A stretch of 64,000 nucleotides of DNA, from assembly GCA_965372795.1 (NCBI GenBank), contig CBDVDR010000015.1, positions 21,898-85,897 on the forward strand, given 5' to 3'. Under the pieces are notes generated by a model that was not told where the DNA came from, searched no databases, and saw nothing but the letters and a program-made list of their open reading frames with translations. Position 1 is the stretch's first letter. Each line of letters starts with the position of its first letter. The DNA comes from an uncultured bacterium. Lineage in GTDB: Bacteria > Zixibacteria > MSB-5A5 > GN15 > FEB-12. Made by a program: the position numbers and the translations under genes. This document shows, piece after piece, positions 47,732 to 58,689 of this stretch.

Positions 47732-48230
47732 TTCGAAGATAATAATTAGAACTCTAACTGAATCTGATTCACTCGATCAGTTGACAAAATTACTCAATAG
47801 GGCTTACAAAGTTCTGGCAGATATGGGGCTTAAATTTGTGGCAACTTATCAGGATGTGGAAATCACTCAAAGTAGAATTAAAAATGGAGTTTGTTTTATT
47901 GCGGTGAGTGATAATAATATTGTTGGAACAATTACTTATTATGAATCTCAATATTCCATAGGTACGCCGTTTTTGGAAAGCGAAGGCATTTCTCATTTTG
48001 GACAGTTGGCTGTGGATCCTGAATTTCAAAATCAAGGTATCGCGACCGAACTAATTAAATATACCGAAATATTTGCTCAACAGGATGGGGCTATTGAACT
48101 GGCGCTTGATACGGCTGAACCGGCGCAACATCTTATAGATTGGTATAAAAAACTTGGTTATCGGTTTATTGAATATTGTGATTGGGAGATGACCAACTAT
48201 CGCTCGGTTATAATGTCTAAGCGACTTTGA
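47724..48230 (+). CDS. GNAT-family N-acetyltransferase
   Basis: FGQLAVDPEFQNQGIA..LI...LALDTAEPA.HLI.WY.KLGY. Confidence 0.92.
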   Translation: MSNSKIIIRTLTESDSLDQLTKLLNRAYKVLADMGLKFVATYQDVEITQSRIKNGVCFIAVSDNNIVGTITYYESQYSIGTPFLESEGISHFGQLAVDPEFQNQGIATELIKYTEIFAQQDGAIELALDTAEPAQHLIDWYKKLGYRFIEYCDWEMTNYRSVIMSKRL

Positions 48231-48304
48231 GAATTTTATTAATATATATAAAATTTAAAAATCTATTTGTTGAATTTTACTAATCAATAGTTGTATAATC
48301 CGGT

Positions 48305-49519
48305 ATGGAAAATCAGCCAAAGGCATATACAGTTACAGCTGTCACCAGAATGATCAAAGGACTTCTCGAGGAAACTCTTCAGGGAGTGTGGATTGAGGGA
48401 GAGGTTTCAAATTATATCCATCATTCATCCGGTCATCGCTATCTCAGTCTAAAAGATAGTGGTGCGGTCCTGAAACTGACAATCTGGCGTTCTGCCGGAG
48501 CCAAGTTGAAATTTGAACCTGAAAACGGTCAAAAAGTTTTAGCATTCGGTGATATTACGGTTTATGAAAAAGGCGGGAATTACCAGTTAAACTGTCGTAA
48601 GATCATTCCGGTTGGAATCGGTGAGCTTGAGATGGCATTCAGGCAGTTGAATGAAAAATTATCAAAAGAGGGATTGTTTGATCCCGATCTTAAAAAACCT
48701 ATTCCTGAATATGCTAAAAAAATTGGATTAGTGACTTCTCCAACCGGGGCTGCGGTCCGGGATATTATTCAGATCGCTCAGCGGAGAAATCCAGCCGTTG
48801 AACTGATCTTATATCCGGCTAAAGTTCAGGGGGATGGTTCTGAAATAACAATAAAGGCTGGAATTGAATATTTTAATTCCCGGGATGATGTAGATCTGAT
48901 AATAATTGGTCGCGGTGGCGGGTCACTTGAGGATTTATGGTGTTTTAATACTGAAATGGTGGTTCGAGCTGTATTTAATTCAGAAATTCCAATAATTTCA
49001 GCAGTTGGACATGAGGTCGACACAACTTTGTCAGATCTGGCCTCAGATAAACGGGCACCAACCCCTTCAGCCGGCTCAGAATTGGCTGTTTGGTCAAAAA
49101 AAGAGTTCTTAGAGCAGGTAAATGGCAATCTTTATAGTCAGGCCGCTTTGTTGAAAGGATTAGTTCAGGAAGCGAAAGAGACCCTGGCTCGATTTGTGCT
49201 TCATCCAGTTTTTGCTCGCCCGATGGATTTAATTCACCAGAAACAGCAGCAACTTGATAATATTTACCGTTTGTTGATTTCGTCGGGAAAAAACAGTTTT
49301 GAAAAGTATCAAAATCGCTTATCTTTGGCATTGTCCCGATTGGATGCTTTGTCGCCTTTAAAAATTCTCGAAAGAGGATATTCAGTAAGTCGACGAATGC
49401 CAAAAAATATTCTTTTGAAGTCAGTTGGCGAAATACAACCGGGGGACAGAATGCAGACAATTTTGCCCGATGGTGAAATTATATCATTTGTTGAAAAGAT
49501 TTTGAAGAAGAAAAAATAA
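48305..49519 (+). CDS. xseA: Exodeoxyribonuclease VII large subunit
   Basis: WIEGEVSN...SGH.YLSLKD, IGLVTSPTGAAVRDI, RGGGSLEDLW.FN, SAVGHE.D, RAPTPS. Confidence 0.98.
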   Translation: MENQPKAYTVTAVTRMIKGLLEETLQGVWIEGEVSNYIHHSSGHRYLSLKDSGAVLKLTIWRSAGAKLKFEPENGQKVLAFGDITVYEKGGNYQLNCRKIIPVGIGELEMAFRQLNEKLSKEGLFDPDLKKPIPEYAKKIGLVTSPTGAAVRDIIQIAQRRNPAVELILYPAKVQGDGSEITIKAGIEYFNSRDDVDLIIIGRGGGSLEDLWCFNTEMVVRAVFNSEIPIISAVGHEVDTTLSDLASDKRAPTPSAGSELAVWSKKEFLEQVNGNLYSQAALLKGLVQEAKETLARFVLHPVFARPMDLIHQKQQQLDNIYRLLISSGKNSFEKYQNRLSLALSRLDALSPLKILERGYSVSRRMPKNILLKSVGEIQPGDRMQTILPDGEIISFVEKILKKKK

Positions 49520-49522
49520 GTT

Positions 49523-49762
49523 ATGCCGTCAAAAAAAAATTACAAAGACTTTGAATCTGCTATAAACCGTTTGGAAGAAATTACGGCACTATTAGAAAAT
49601 GGGGAAGCGACACTGGAAGAGTCCATCGAGCTTTACACCGAAGGGTTGGAAATTGCTAAATATTGCAGTACCAACTTAAATGGTGCAGAAAAGAAAATTA
49701 AGATGATCATGGAAAAAAATGGTTCGATTTTGGAAGTAGATTTTGATGAGGGAAGAGTCTAA
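49523..49762 (+). CDS. xseB: Exodeoxyribonuclease VII small subunit
   Basis: FESAI.RLEEI...LE.GE..LEESI.LY.EG...C...L..AE. Confidence 0.96.
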   Translation: MPSKKNYKDFESAINRLEEITALLENGEATLEESIELYTEGLEIAKYCSTNLNGAEKKIKMIMEKNGSILEVDFDEGRV

Positions 49763-49768
49763 AAAAAA

Positions 49769-50650
49769 ATGCTAACTATGACAAACGACAGCAAACAATA
49801 TATTGATAATATTCGCCAGCAGATTGACGTTCTGCTTGATAAGTTTTTACCTCCGGCACATGAAGAGCCGGAATCTCTCCATAGCGCGATGCGTTATTCT
49901 ATAATGGCAGGTGGAAAAAGAATTCGTCCTGTTTTGGCAATGGCTGCGTATGAATATTGTAATGGAAATATGGAAGATGTTTCTTCTATTCATTTGGCTA
50001 TGGCTTCTCTGGAAATGGTTCACACCTATTCATTGATTCATGATGATTTGCCTTGTATGGACGATGATGATCTCCGGCGGGGAATGCCGACCTGTCATAT
50101 AAAATTTGGTGAAGCTATTGCGGTTTTGGCTGGCGATGCTTTGCATGATATCGCCTTTGAATTGGTGGCCAGATCCGGTTCCAATGAAGTGGTGATTGAG
50201 TTGGCAAAAGCAAGCGGTACCCGCGGTATGATCGGCGGGCAGGTGGGAGATGTAGAAGCTGAGGGCAGAGATATTAGCATTGACGAGATTACTCATATTC
50301 ACAAACGAAAAACAGGTGCATTAATTAGATCCTCAGTTAGAATTGGAGCGATTCTTGCAAAAGCCGATCAAGAGACCTTTAATAAATTAACCCAATTTGG
50401 TGATAAAATTGGATTAGCTTTTCAAATAATTGATGATATACTTGATATTGAAGGAGATCAGGAATTATTGGGAAAAACAGTTGGTGCTGATACTAAAAAG
50501 CTAAAAGCCACTTATCCGAGCGTATGCGGATTGGATAAATCTCGCATTGATGCTCAAGAACTAATTGAAAGTGCCGTAGAACTCCTGGAAGACAGAAATA
50601 ATAACATGCTTAAATCCATTGCCTTATATATTGGACAAAGAGAAAACTAA
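49769..50650 (+). CDS. ispA: Polyprenyl (farnesyl) diphosphate synthase
   Basis: GGKRIRP, SLIHDDLPCMDDDDLRRG, KTGAL, FQIIDDILD. Confidence 0.96.
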   Translation: MLTMTNDSKQYIDNIRQQIDVLLDKFLPPAHEEPESLHSAMRYSIMAGGKRIRPVLAMAAYEYCNGNMEDVSSIHLAMASLEMVHTYSLIHDDLPCMDDDDLRRGMPTCHIKFGEAIAVLAGDALHDIAFELVARSGSNEVVIELAKASGTRGMIGGQVGDVEAEGRDISIDEITHIHKRKTGALIRSSVRIGAILAKADQETFNKLTQFGDKIGLAFQIIDDILDIEGDQELLGKTVGADTKKLKATYPSVCGLDKSRIDAQELIESAVELLEDRNNNMLKSIALYIGQREN

Positions 50651-50658
50651 AAATTGAT

Positions 50659-52641
50659 ATGACCCTACTTTCCAAAATAAATAGCCCGGAAGATATAAAA
50701 AAGCTCAAGGAAGAAGAACTTCCTCAACTTGTTGAAGAACTCCGTACTGAAATAATTTCCATTGTTTCACAAACCGGCGGGCATCTTGCGACAAATCTCG
50801 GCTCGGCTGATTTAACTGTTGCCATGCATTATGTGTTTAATATTGGTGTTGATAAAATTGTTTGGGATGTCAGTAATCAGACCTATGGACACAAAATTTT
50901 AACCGGTCGCAGAGATCAGATGCATACCATCCGGCAGTACAAAGGTTTGGCAGGTTTTTCAAAAATTTCTGAATCAAAATATGATGATTTTGGCGCCGGA
51001 CATGCCTCAACCTCGATCTCTGCCGCTTTGGGCATGGCAGTCGCGCGGGACAATTTAAAGCAGGATCACAATGTGATTGCTATCATCGGTGATGGAGCAA
51101 TGACCGGCGGATTGGCATTTGAAGGTTTGAATAATGCAGGTGGTTTAAAAAATAATCTTTTGGTTATCCTTAATGATAATTCATGGTCGATTTCTAAAAA
51201 CGTCGGTGCCTTATCTAAATATCTTACTAATATTCTGACCGATGAGAAATTTAACAAACTTCGGGATGAAATCTGGGAAATGACCGGAAAATTTAAGCGA
51301 CGTGACAAAATTCGTAATACGATTCAGAGTATTGAACATTCGATCAAAGGACTGATTGTTCCCGGAATGGTTTTTCAAAAACTTGGTTTCAGATATTTTG
51401 GACCTATAGATGGTCATGATATGCCATTGTTGATTCGCACTTTTCAGAATTTGAAAAATTTGAATGGTCCGCTTCTTTTACACGTCGCAACCAAAAAGGG
51501 CAAAGGATACAAACCGGCTGAAGGTGACCCGACCAAATACCACGGTGTGGGAAAATTTGATAAAGTCACCGGTCAGATTGAAAAGAAAGCGCCAAGTCGT
51601 CCAAGTTATACTCAGGTGTTCGGGAAAACCATGGTTGAACTTGGTGAAAAGGATGAGAAAGTAATCGCAATCACTGCTGCGATGGCTCCCGGAACAGGAC
51701 TTGTTGAGTTTGCAGAAAAATTCCCCGACAGGTTCCAGGATGTTGGCATCGCCGAAGGTCATGCCGGAACATTTGCCGCTGGCATTGCAGCTGGCGGATC
51801 AAAACCGTATTTAACCATCTATTCGACATTTATGCAGCGAGCCTTTGATCATATCATGCATGACATGGCTCTCCAGAAACTTCCGGTGGTTTTATGTATG
51901 GATCGCGGCGGTCTGGTTGGTAATGACGGTCCGACCCATCACGGTGTGTTTGATTTGACATTTATTTCAACTTTGCCGAATATTGTTATGGCGGTTCCAA
52001 AAGATGGTAATGAACTTCGTTCCATGCTTCATTATACGGTTGATAACGAAATGACAATTCCAATTGCATTACGTTACCCTCGTGATTCGGTCCCGACAGA
52101 TATGACAGAAAATGTTCTCCCTATTGAGTGGGGGAAATGGGAACAACTTTCACCTCTTCAGGATATCGTCATTCTTGCGGTTGGTACGATGGTTGCATCC
52201 GCTTTGGAAGTTGCTGAGAAGTTTAAAGAACAAGGGATCGACATTACTGTTATTAATTCAAGATTTGTCAAACCGTTTGATTATGAAATGCTTGATCAAA
52301 TCAAAGATAAAGCTAAGGCGATTATTACAATTGAGGAAAATTCCCTTCGGGGCGGATTCGGACAGGCAGTCGCTGGATATCTGTTGTCAAATAATTTCCG
52401 GGGTACTTTTGACTCAATGGGGTTACCTGACAAATTTATTACACATGGTACTCGCGCCGAACTTTTAAAAGAGATTGAGCTTGATGTTGATAGTATCTTT
52501 AATAGGATTATTACGGTAACAAAAAAGATAAAAGATGATAATGGTTTTTTCCGTAAGTTAAGCTTTATGACAAAAAATTCTAAAGTAACGACTGCTTCGG
52601 TTTCAGAAGTTGTCTCACAAGAAGAAAAAAAACAAGGTTGA
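50659..52641 (+). CDS. dxs: 1-deoxy-D-xylulose-5-phosphate synthase
   Basis: GGHL..NLG, GHASTSIS, IGDGAMTGG.AFEGLNN, LNDN, YFGPIDGH, DVGIAE, DGPTHHG. Confidence 0.98.
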   Translation: MTLLSKINSPEDIKKLKEEELPQLVEELRTEIISIVSQTGGHLATNLGSADLTVAMHYVFNIGVDKIVWDVSNQTYGHKILTGRRDQMHTIRQYKGLAGFSKISESKYDDFGAGHASTSISAALGMAVARDNLKQDHNVIAIIGDGAMTGGLAFEGLNNAGGLKNNLLVILNDNSWSISKNVGALSKYLTNILTDEKFNKLRDEIWEMTGKFKRRDKIRNTIQSIEHSIKGLIVPGMVFQKLGFRYFGPIDGHDMPLLIRTFQNLKNLNGPLLLHVATKKGKGYKPAEGDPTKYHGVGKFDKVTGQIEKKAPSRPSYTQVFGKTMVELGEKDEKVIAITAAMAPGTGLVEFAEKFPDRFQDVGIAEGHAGTFAAGIAAGGSKPYLTIYSTFMQRAFDHIMHDMALQKLPVVLCMDRGGLVGNDGPTHHGVFDLTFISTLPNIVMAVPKDGNELRSMLHYTVDNEMTIPIALRYPRDSVPTDMTENVLPIEWGKWEQLSPLQDIVILAVGTMVASALEVAEKFKEQGIDITVINSRFVKPFDYEMLDQIKDKAKAIITIEENSLRGGFGQAVAGYLLSNNFRGTFDSMGLPDKFITHGTRAELLKEIELDVDSIFNRIITVTKKIKDDNGFFRKLSFMTKNSKVTTASVSEVVSQEEKKQG

Positions 52642-52650
52642 GTTAACACT

Positions 52651-53526
52651 ATGCGGTTTGGACTTATTGCAAACCTGAAGAGAAAAGGCGCCCTCCAGGC
52701 AATTCAAGATTTTATTAATTGGGCTGACACAACCGGCACAGAATTAATTTTATGTGAAGAACTTTCTGAAATTTCCAATAAAAAATTAGTCTTTTCACCC
52801 CGTAATGATATTCCCGGAAAAGTTGATATTATTGTTTCAATGGGCGGCGATGGAACGCTCTTGGCAACGGCACGGCTGGTTGCCTCAAGCGGGATTCCGG
52901 TCCTTGGAATTAATCTTGGTTCACTTGGATTCCTAACCCAATTAACGCCAAAACAACTAATTCCCGCTCTTGATAAAATCGTTGATGGTAATTATCAGCT
53001 TGAAAGCCGGATGCTTCTCAAAACTGAAGTTGTCGGAAACCCATCTTTGGAAAGCCCGTATGCGCTCAACGATGTGGTGGTGGACAATGGTCCGGTCAGC
53101 AGGATTATTAAGATAAATCTAGCTGTAAATGGCGAGGATGTGGTCACTTATCTTGCCGATGGCTTGGTCATTTCAACCCCAACCGGATCAACGGCATATT
53201 CTCTGGCAGTCGGCGGACCAATTATGCATCCCAAAATGGAGGCAATGATTGCGGCTCCGATTTCATCGTTTTCTCTGTCTACTCGTCCCATGATTTTTTC
53301 AAGCAATGATACGCTTGAAATAACAATTCATTCCGAACATGGTGAAGCAGGCTTGACTCTTGATGGACAGGTAATGGTGCCTTTGAAAACTACTGATAAA
53401 GTCAAAATTGTAAAAGCCGATTTTGGCGTAAATCTGATTGTATTTCCAGAAAACAGTTATTATCAACTGTTGAAAAATAAACTTCACTGGGGCATTTCTC
53501 CTTTGTCCGGCAGTGAAAATCAATAA
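52651..53526 (+). CDS. nadK: NAD(+) kinase
   Basis: GGDGTLL, GINLGSLGFL, ALND, DGL.ISTPTGSTAYSLAVGGP. Confidence 0.97.
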   Translation: MRFGLIANLKRKGALQAIQDFINWADTTGTELILCEELSEISNKKLVFSPRNDIPGKVDIIVSMGGDGTLLATARLVASSGIPVLGINLGSLGFLTQLTPKQLIPALDKIVDGNYQLESRMLLKTEVVGNPSLESPYALNDVVVDNGPVSRIIKINLAVNGEDVVTYLADGLVISTPTGSTAYSLAVGGPIMHPKMEAMIAAPISSFSLSTRPMIFSSNDTLEITIHSEHGEAGLTLDGQVMVPLKTTDKVKIVKADFGVNLIVFPENSYYQLLKNKLHWGISPLSGSENQ

Positions 53527-53535
53527 CGAATTGTT

Positions 53536-54306
53536 ATGCATGAAAATTGTTTTATCTGCCTGGGTACATCATCCGGTTTGCAGCATCCTAACCGAGCAAC
53601 TTCCGGTTACATTCTAAAAACAGGGCAATCGCTTACCTTTATTGATTGCGGCGGGGCAGTCGTACAGTCTTTTCAAAAGACCAACCTTGATCCCCTAAAT
53701 ATAGATAGAATTTTTATCAGCCATACTCATGCCGATCATGTTTGTGAATTGCCATTGCTGATACAGTTGTTGCATCTCAAAAGAAAAAACGGCAAGGTTG
53801 AAATATTTTTGCCGGATGAGTTTGTTGAGATATTCAAGAAAATGTTAAATGCTATGTATCTCTTTGAAGAAAAACTGCCTTTTGAACCTGTCTTTACCGG
53901 GTATGTTGATGGTTTTAAATATTCCAACGATTTTGAAATTGAAGCCATAGGCAACAGGCATTTTATTAATAATAAAGAAATTATTGAACGCAATCAATTA
54001 CCGAACAAGATGCAAAGCCATTCTTTTAAGATAAATTGTAACGGTAAGAAATTATTTTATACCGGTGATCTATTAGACCTTGATGATCTAAAAGGTAAAG
54101 TAGAAGGATGCGATTTTGTGATCACGGAAGTCAATCATATTGATAATCAGGATTTTTTTGAGTTTGCCAAAATAGCTCAAGTCGGAAAATTTATTATCAC
54201 TCATCTTGGAGATGACAGCGATATTGAAAAGTTAATTATTGAAGCTCGAAAACATGATGTGCAAAACTATGAGATTGCTGAAGATCGTATGATTATCCCG
54301 CTCTGA
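53536..54306 (+). CDS. MBL-fold metallohydrolase (RNase Z-like)
   Basis: LGTSSG, IDCG, ISHTHADH, YTGD, ITHL. Confidence 0.88.
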   Translation: MHENCFICLGTSSGLQHPNRATSGYILKTGQSLTFIDCGGAVVQSFQKTNLDPLNIDRIFISHTHADHVCELPLLIQLLHLKRKNGKVEIFLPDEFVEIFKKMLNAMYLFEEKLPFEPVFTGYVDGFKYSNDFEIEAIGNRHFINNKEIIERNQLPNKMQSHSFKINCNGKKLFYTGDLLDLDDLKGKVEGCDFVITEVNHIDNQDFFEFAKIAQVGKFIITHLGDDSDIEKLIIEARKHDVQNYEIAEDRMIIPL

Positions 54307-54324
54307 TAATTTTCTATAAGTCAC

Positions 54325-54357
54325 AAAAAAAGCCGTCCTAATGGACGGCTTTTTTTT
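54325..54357. terminator. Bidirectional terminator between convergent genes
   Basis: AAAAAAAGCCGTCC-TAAT-GGACGGCTTTTTTTT. Confidence 0.92.
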
Positions 54358-54368
54358 AAGAAAATATT

Positions 54369-55115
54369 CTATTTATTAGAAAAGGAACTCTTCAGATATT
54401 CTCTGTTCATCACTGATATAAATCCGGTTGAAATCTCTTTTGGGCAAACAGCCTCACATTCAAGATGATTAGTACAATTCCCAAATCCTTCACTGTCCAT
54501 CTGGGCAACCATCGCCTGTACTCTCTGTTTTGCTTCTACTTTACCCTGAGGCAAAGATGCAAACTGGGAGACTTTGGCGGCAACAAACAGCATCGCCGAG
54601 GCATTTGGACAAACAGCAACACAGGCTCCGCATCCAATACAGGAAGCGGCATCCATCGCCTTATCGGCTTGAGGTTTTGGAATTGGTAAAGCATTAGCAT
54701 CCGGTGAACCGCCGGTATTAACCGAAACAAACCCTCCGGCTTGCAAAATTCGGTCAAAGGCTGAACGGTCGACAACCAGATCTTTGACAACCGGGAAAGC
54801 TTTTGCACGCCAGGGTTCAATATAAATTTTGTCACCATCTTTGAAAAATCGCATATGAAGCTGACAAACGGTGGTGGCTCGTTCAGGACCATGAGCCTGA
54901 CCATTAATTACCAAAGAACACATCCCGCAAATACCTTCACGGCAATCATGATCAAAAGCAATCGGTTCGATATCCTGTTGAGCAAGATCTTCGTTGACTA
55001 CATCGAGCATTTCTAGAAATGACATATGATGGCTGATATCTTTTGCATCATATTTTACCATTTTACCTTTATCGTTAGCATCTTTTTGACGCCATACATA
55101 CAATGTTAAATTCAT
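54369..55115 (-). CDS. sdhB: Succinate dehydrogenase/fumarate reductase iron-sulfur subunit
   Basis: [33 protein letters not shown]. Confidence 0.97.
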   Translation of the reverse strand: MNLTLYVWRQKDANDKGKMVKYDAKDISHHMSFLEMLDVVNEDLAQQDIEPIAFDHDCREGICGMCSLVINGQAHGPERATTVCQLHMRFFKDGDKIYIEPWRAKAFPVVKDLVVDRSAFDRILQAGGFVSVNTGGSPDANALPIPKPQADKAMDAASCIGCGACVAVCPNASAMLFVAAKVSQFASLPQGKVEAKQRVQAMVAQMDSEGFGNCTNHLECEAVCPKEISTGFISVMNREYLKSSFSNK

Positions 55116-57028
55116 TATTTGTAACTCCTTGTTGCCAGTTCGACATTTTCAAAGACAAGGGGTTCTTTATGAAGGTTCGGTTTATTTCCGACCCCGGTAA
55201 ATTCCCAGGCTGAGACATATGTGTAATCTTTATCATTACGCATCGCCTCGCCTTCTTCGGTTTGATATTCTTCACGGAAATGAGCGCCGCAAGATTCTTC
55301 ACGGTTTAAAGCATCAAGACACATGACTTCAGCGAACTCGATAAAGTCTGCGATTCTTCCAGCTGATTCAAGCGACTGATTTAAGCTGTCGGAAGTGCCG
55401 AGAACTTTAAGATTTTTCCAGAATTCTTCCCGTACCGCCGGTATCATCTTAATCGCTTTTTCAAGTCCGGCACGGTTACGACCCATGCCGCAATTTTCCC
55501 ACATGATCTTTCCAAGTTCACGATGGAATGAATCAGGAGTCCGTTTTCCATTTATATTAAGAAGTTTATTGGTTTTTTCAGCAACTTCCTGTTCAGTCTT
55601 TTTGAATTCGGGGTGATTTGAATCTATGCCCGAATTACCATTACGACCAAAGTAATTTCCGATTGTATATGGAATTACAAAGTATCCATCGGCAAGCCCC
55701 TGCATCAATGCCGAAGCACCAAGCCGGTTAGCGCCATGGTCTGAGAAATTGGCTTCACCAAGAACGAAAAGTCCGTCAATAGTACTCATCAGATTATAAT
55801 CTACCCAGGTACCGCCCATAGTATAATGAGAGGCAGGGAAAATACGCATCGGAACCGAATATGGATCTTCGCCGGTGATACGTTCGTACATATCGAATAA
55901 ATTACCATACCGTTCAGTTATGACATCCTTACCCAGCCGTTTAATAGCATCTTCAAAATCAAGATAGACACCGACACCGGATTCACCGATTCCGCGTCCT
56001 TCATCACAAGCTTCTTTGGCACTGCGTGATGAAATATCACGCGGAGCAAGATTACCGAAACTTGGGTATTTTCTTTCCAGATAATAATCACGTTCACCTT
56101 CGGGAATATCTCCGGCTGCCCGTTTATCATCTTTGGCTTTTGGTACCCAGATTCGACCGTCATTACGAAGCGATTCAGACATCAGGGTAAGTTTTGATTG
56201 ATAGTCACCACTGACTGGAATACAGGTTGGATGAATTTGAGTATAACAAGGATTTGCAAACAAGGCGCCTTTTTTGTAAGCACGGTAAGCAGCGGTAACA
56301 TTACATCCGATAGCATTAGTCGAAAGATAAAACACATTGCCATAACCGCCGGTGGCAAGCACTACCGCATCAGCAGCATAAGAAGAGATTTTGCCGGAGA
56401 CCATATCTCTGACCACAATCCCGCGCGCTCTGCCATCAACGATGGTCAGGTCAAGCATTTCAGATCGGTTATACATTTTGACATTGCCAAGTCCAATTTG
56501 ACGATTTAAGGCCGAATAGGCTCCCAACAGCAATTGCTGACCGGTTTGTCCTCGAGCATAAAAAGTACGTGAGACCTGAGCGCCGCCAAATGAACGGTTG
56601 TCTAAGAGTCCGCCGTATTCTCTGGCAAAGGGAACGCCCTGTGCGACACATTGATCGATAATACTGTTGGCGACCTCAGCAAGACGATAGACGTTGGCTT
56701 CACGGGAACGGAAATCTCCGCCCTTAATTGTATCATAGAATAATCTATAAACCGAATCGCCATCGTTTTGATAATTTTTGGCAGCATTGATTCCGCCCTG
56801 TGCGGCAATACTGTGTGCCCGACGGGGGCTGTCCTGATAGCAGAAACAAGAAACATTATAACCAAGCTCTGCCAGTGAGGCTGCTGCTGAGGCTCCGGCT
56901 AAACCGGATCCGACCACAAGAACACTGAATTTTCTTTTGTTGGCAGGGTTGATAAGCTTTGATTCAAACTTATGTTTACTCCATTTTTCTGCAAGGGGTC
57001 CTGAAGGTATTTTAGCATCTAATTTCAT
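55115..57028 (-). CDS. sdhA: Succinate dehydrogenase/fumarate reductase flavoprotein subunit
   Basis: [57 protein letters not shown]. Confidence 0.97.
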   Translation of the reverse strand: MKLDAKIPSGPLAEKWSKHKFESKLINPANKRKFSVLVVGSGLAGASAAASLAELGYNVSCFCYQDSPRRAHSIAAQGGINAAKNYQNDGDSVYRLFYDTIKGGDFRSREANVYRLAEVANSIIDQCVAQGVPFAREYGGLLDNRSFGGAQVSRTFYARGQTGQQLLLGAYSALNRQIGLGNVKMYNRSEMLDLTIVDGRARGIVVRDMVSGKISSYAADAVVLATGGYGNVFYLSTNAIGCNVTAAYRAYKKGALFANPCYTQIHPTCIPVSGDYQSKLTLMSESLRNDGRIWVPKAKDDKRAAGDIPEGERDYYLERKYPSFGNLAPRDISSRSAKEACDEGRGIGESGVGVYLDFEDAIKRLGKDVITERYGNLFDMYERITGEDPYSVPMRIFPASHYTMGGTWVDYNLMSTIDGLFVLGEANFSDHGANRLGASALMQGLADGYFVIPYTIGNYFGRNGNSGIDSNHPEFKKTEQEVAEKTNKLLNINGKRTPDSFHRELGKIMWENCGMGRNRAGLEKAIKMIPAVREEFWKNLKVLGTSDSLNQSLESAGRIADFIEFAEVMCLDALNREESCGAHFREEYQTEEGEAMRNDKDYTYVSAWEFTGVGNKPNLHKEPLVFENVELATRSYK

Positions 57029-57756
57029 TATTGGATTCCTCCTGTTGGCAGGGAGATAATATTAAGAAGTACACCTGCCGGTATAGAAGCGTACCCGATA
57101 AAAATAAATATTCCGAAAAGATAGCCCATGATTCTTAATCGTGGCTGCCATGTTGGATCATTCAAGCCTAATGTCTGAAACATGCTGAAAAGACCATGGC
57201 TGACATGGAAACCTAAAAACAGAACCGCTATCAAATAAATAATTGTTATGGTAATGTTCTGGAAACCAATAATCATCATCGAATAAACATCAAACCGACC
57301 AAGACTGTCAGTCAGGGTTGCATATTCAGGATTGGTCGTCAATAATGTAAAATGCATCAAGTGGTAAATAACAAAAAATAGAATTAGAGCAGACGAATAA
57401 ATCATCGTTCGGGATGAAAAAGTGGACTCAAGATTTACCTTTTTGACATAGTTTACAGGTCTTGATTTTTGGTTTTCATACCAGACTTTTATTCCAAAAT
57501 AAATATGAAAGGCAAAGAAAAAGAGCAAAAAGCCTCTGATAAACCATAAAAAACCGCCCAATTTATGGAGCGCGACGGCATAAGTGTTGATTTGGTCCTG
57601 TCCCATGAAAATCTGAAGGTTTCCTATCAGATGTCCGGTAACAAAACCGATAAACATAAACCCGGTAATAGCCATTATGATCTTTTTACCTATCGAGGTT
57701 TTGTAGGCAGTAACCGGTTTAAGGGTGGACATTGGTTGTACTTGAACATTATTCAT
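57028..57756 (-). CDS. sdhC: Succinate dehydrogenase cytochrome b subunit
   Basis: [12 protein letters not shown]...HLIGNL...FHI...SRTM...YHLMHF...FHVSHG..S.FQTLG; ATG 57756 after AAGGA. Confidence 0.93.
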   Translation of the reverse strand: MNNVQVQPMSTLKPVTAYKTSIGKKIIMAITGFMFIGFVTGHLIGNLQIFMGQDQINTYAVALHKLGGFLWFIRGFLLFFFAFHIYFGIKVWYENQKSRPVNYVKKVNLESTFSSRTMIYSSALILFFVIYHLMHFTLLTTNPEYATLTDSLGRFDVYSMMIIGFQNITITIIYLIAVLFLGFHVSHGLFSMFQTLGLNDPTWQPRLRIMGYLFGIFIFIGYASIPAGVLLNIISLPTGGIQ

Positions 57757-57772
57757 AAGCATATCCTTTTGT

Positions 57773-57810
57773 TTGTGAAAGAAAATACAAGCTCCTTGAC
57801 GTTGGGTCAA
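57773..57810 (-). promoter_or_regulatory. sdhCAB sigma70 promoter with overlapping Rex-like operator
   Basis: Minus strand TTGACC-N17-TATTTT; TTGTATT-TTCT-TTCACAA overlaps the -10. Confidence 0.55.
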
Positions 57811-58066
57811 TTGAAAAATGAAAAATAAAGGTATTAAAATTTATGAAAGCTATAGAGATAGGGGTAAATAAGACAAATTTTCACTTCTAAACGACTTATT
57901 AAAACTATATAAAGTACACCCGTTTTCTTAATTATATCGAATCTGAACCGACAATTATAAGATTGGGTTTGACAACCGTTGAATGTTCCTTTATTTTCGG
58001 CTGTCAGTTAAAAACAGAGTATAATAGAGAAGTTACTTTTAATCAGAAATATCCTGGAGAGATTGC

Positions 58067-58654
58067 ATGAAAAACTCAAAAATTTTCCTGTCCTGTATTT
58101 GCTTATTGATTCTTGTAGCCGGTTCAGCCTTCGCTGATGGAATTAAAATGAAAGTTTCCGGTCCCGGTGTTGTAAATGATAGTACGCTCAAGGCAGGGGA
58201 AATTGTCTCTTTTGATATTTATTGTCAAACTGATGTGAAACGCACTGGTTTTACAATCGGATTTTCAATTAAGTCTCCTGATATTAAAACCGTCATCCAT
58301 GTTTCAGATACGGGTTTAGCACTTAATGAAAATGGTGATGTCAAAGGTTATGGCGGCTGGGAAGATAAATCAGTCTGGGATTTTGCCGGAGTTTTTGCAG
58401 TTGAACGTGACTGGGATGGCAACCTTCCCGATCTGCTCGGATTCGGCGGATTATCAATCAAAAAAGGTTATGAAGATGCTGAGTTCGGTAAAAAATTATC
58501 TCTCGAAATGATTATTCCTGAAACCGGTACACTGGTTATTGATTCTGCTTACTATCCTCCGGGTGGCAAGTGGTTGTTTTCTTCACCTCCGAGAATCGCC
58601 CAACAGGGTGCTCCTGACTGGGGTGGACCTTATAAATATAAAGTTATAAAATAA
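58067..58654 (+). CDS. Secreted hypothetical protein (beta-sandwich, cohesin-like?)
   Basis: Signal peptide ending SAFA; GFTIGFSIKSPD, IDSAYYPPGGKWLF, PDWGGP. Confidence 0.75.
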   Translation: MKNSKIFLSCICLLILVAGSAFADGIKMKVSGPGVVNDSTLKAGEIVSFDIYCQTDVKRTGFTIGFSIKSPDIKTVIHVSDTGLALNENGDVKGYGGWEDKSVWDFAGVFAVERDWDGNLPDLLGFGGLSIKKGYEDAEFGKKLSLEMIIPETGTLVIDSAYYPPGGKWLFSSPPRIAQQGAPDWGGPYKYKVIK

Positions 58655-58659
58655 TTATT

Positions 58660-58686
58660 AAGCCCGCTTAACGGCGGGCTTTTTTT
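58660..58686 (+). terminator. Rho-independent terminator
   Basis: AAGCCCGC-TTAACG-GCGGGCTTTTTTT. Confidence 0.88.
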
Positions 58687-58689
58687 ATC

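Noticed and set aside
57757..57810. TTG start for sdhC given in the ORF track
   Set aside because: That TTG is the -35 box; the RBS supports ATG at 57756
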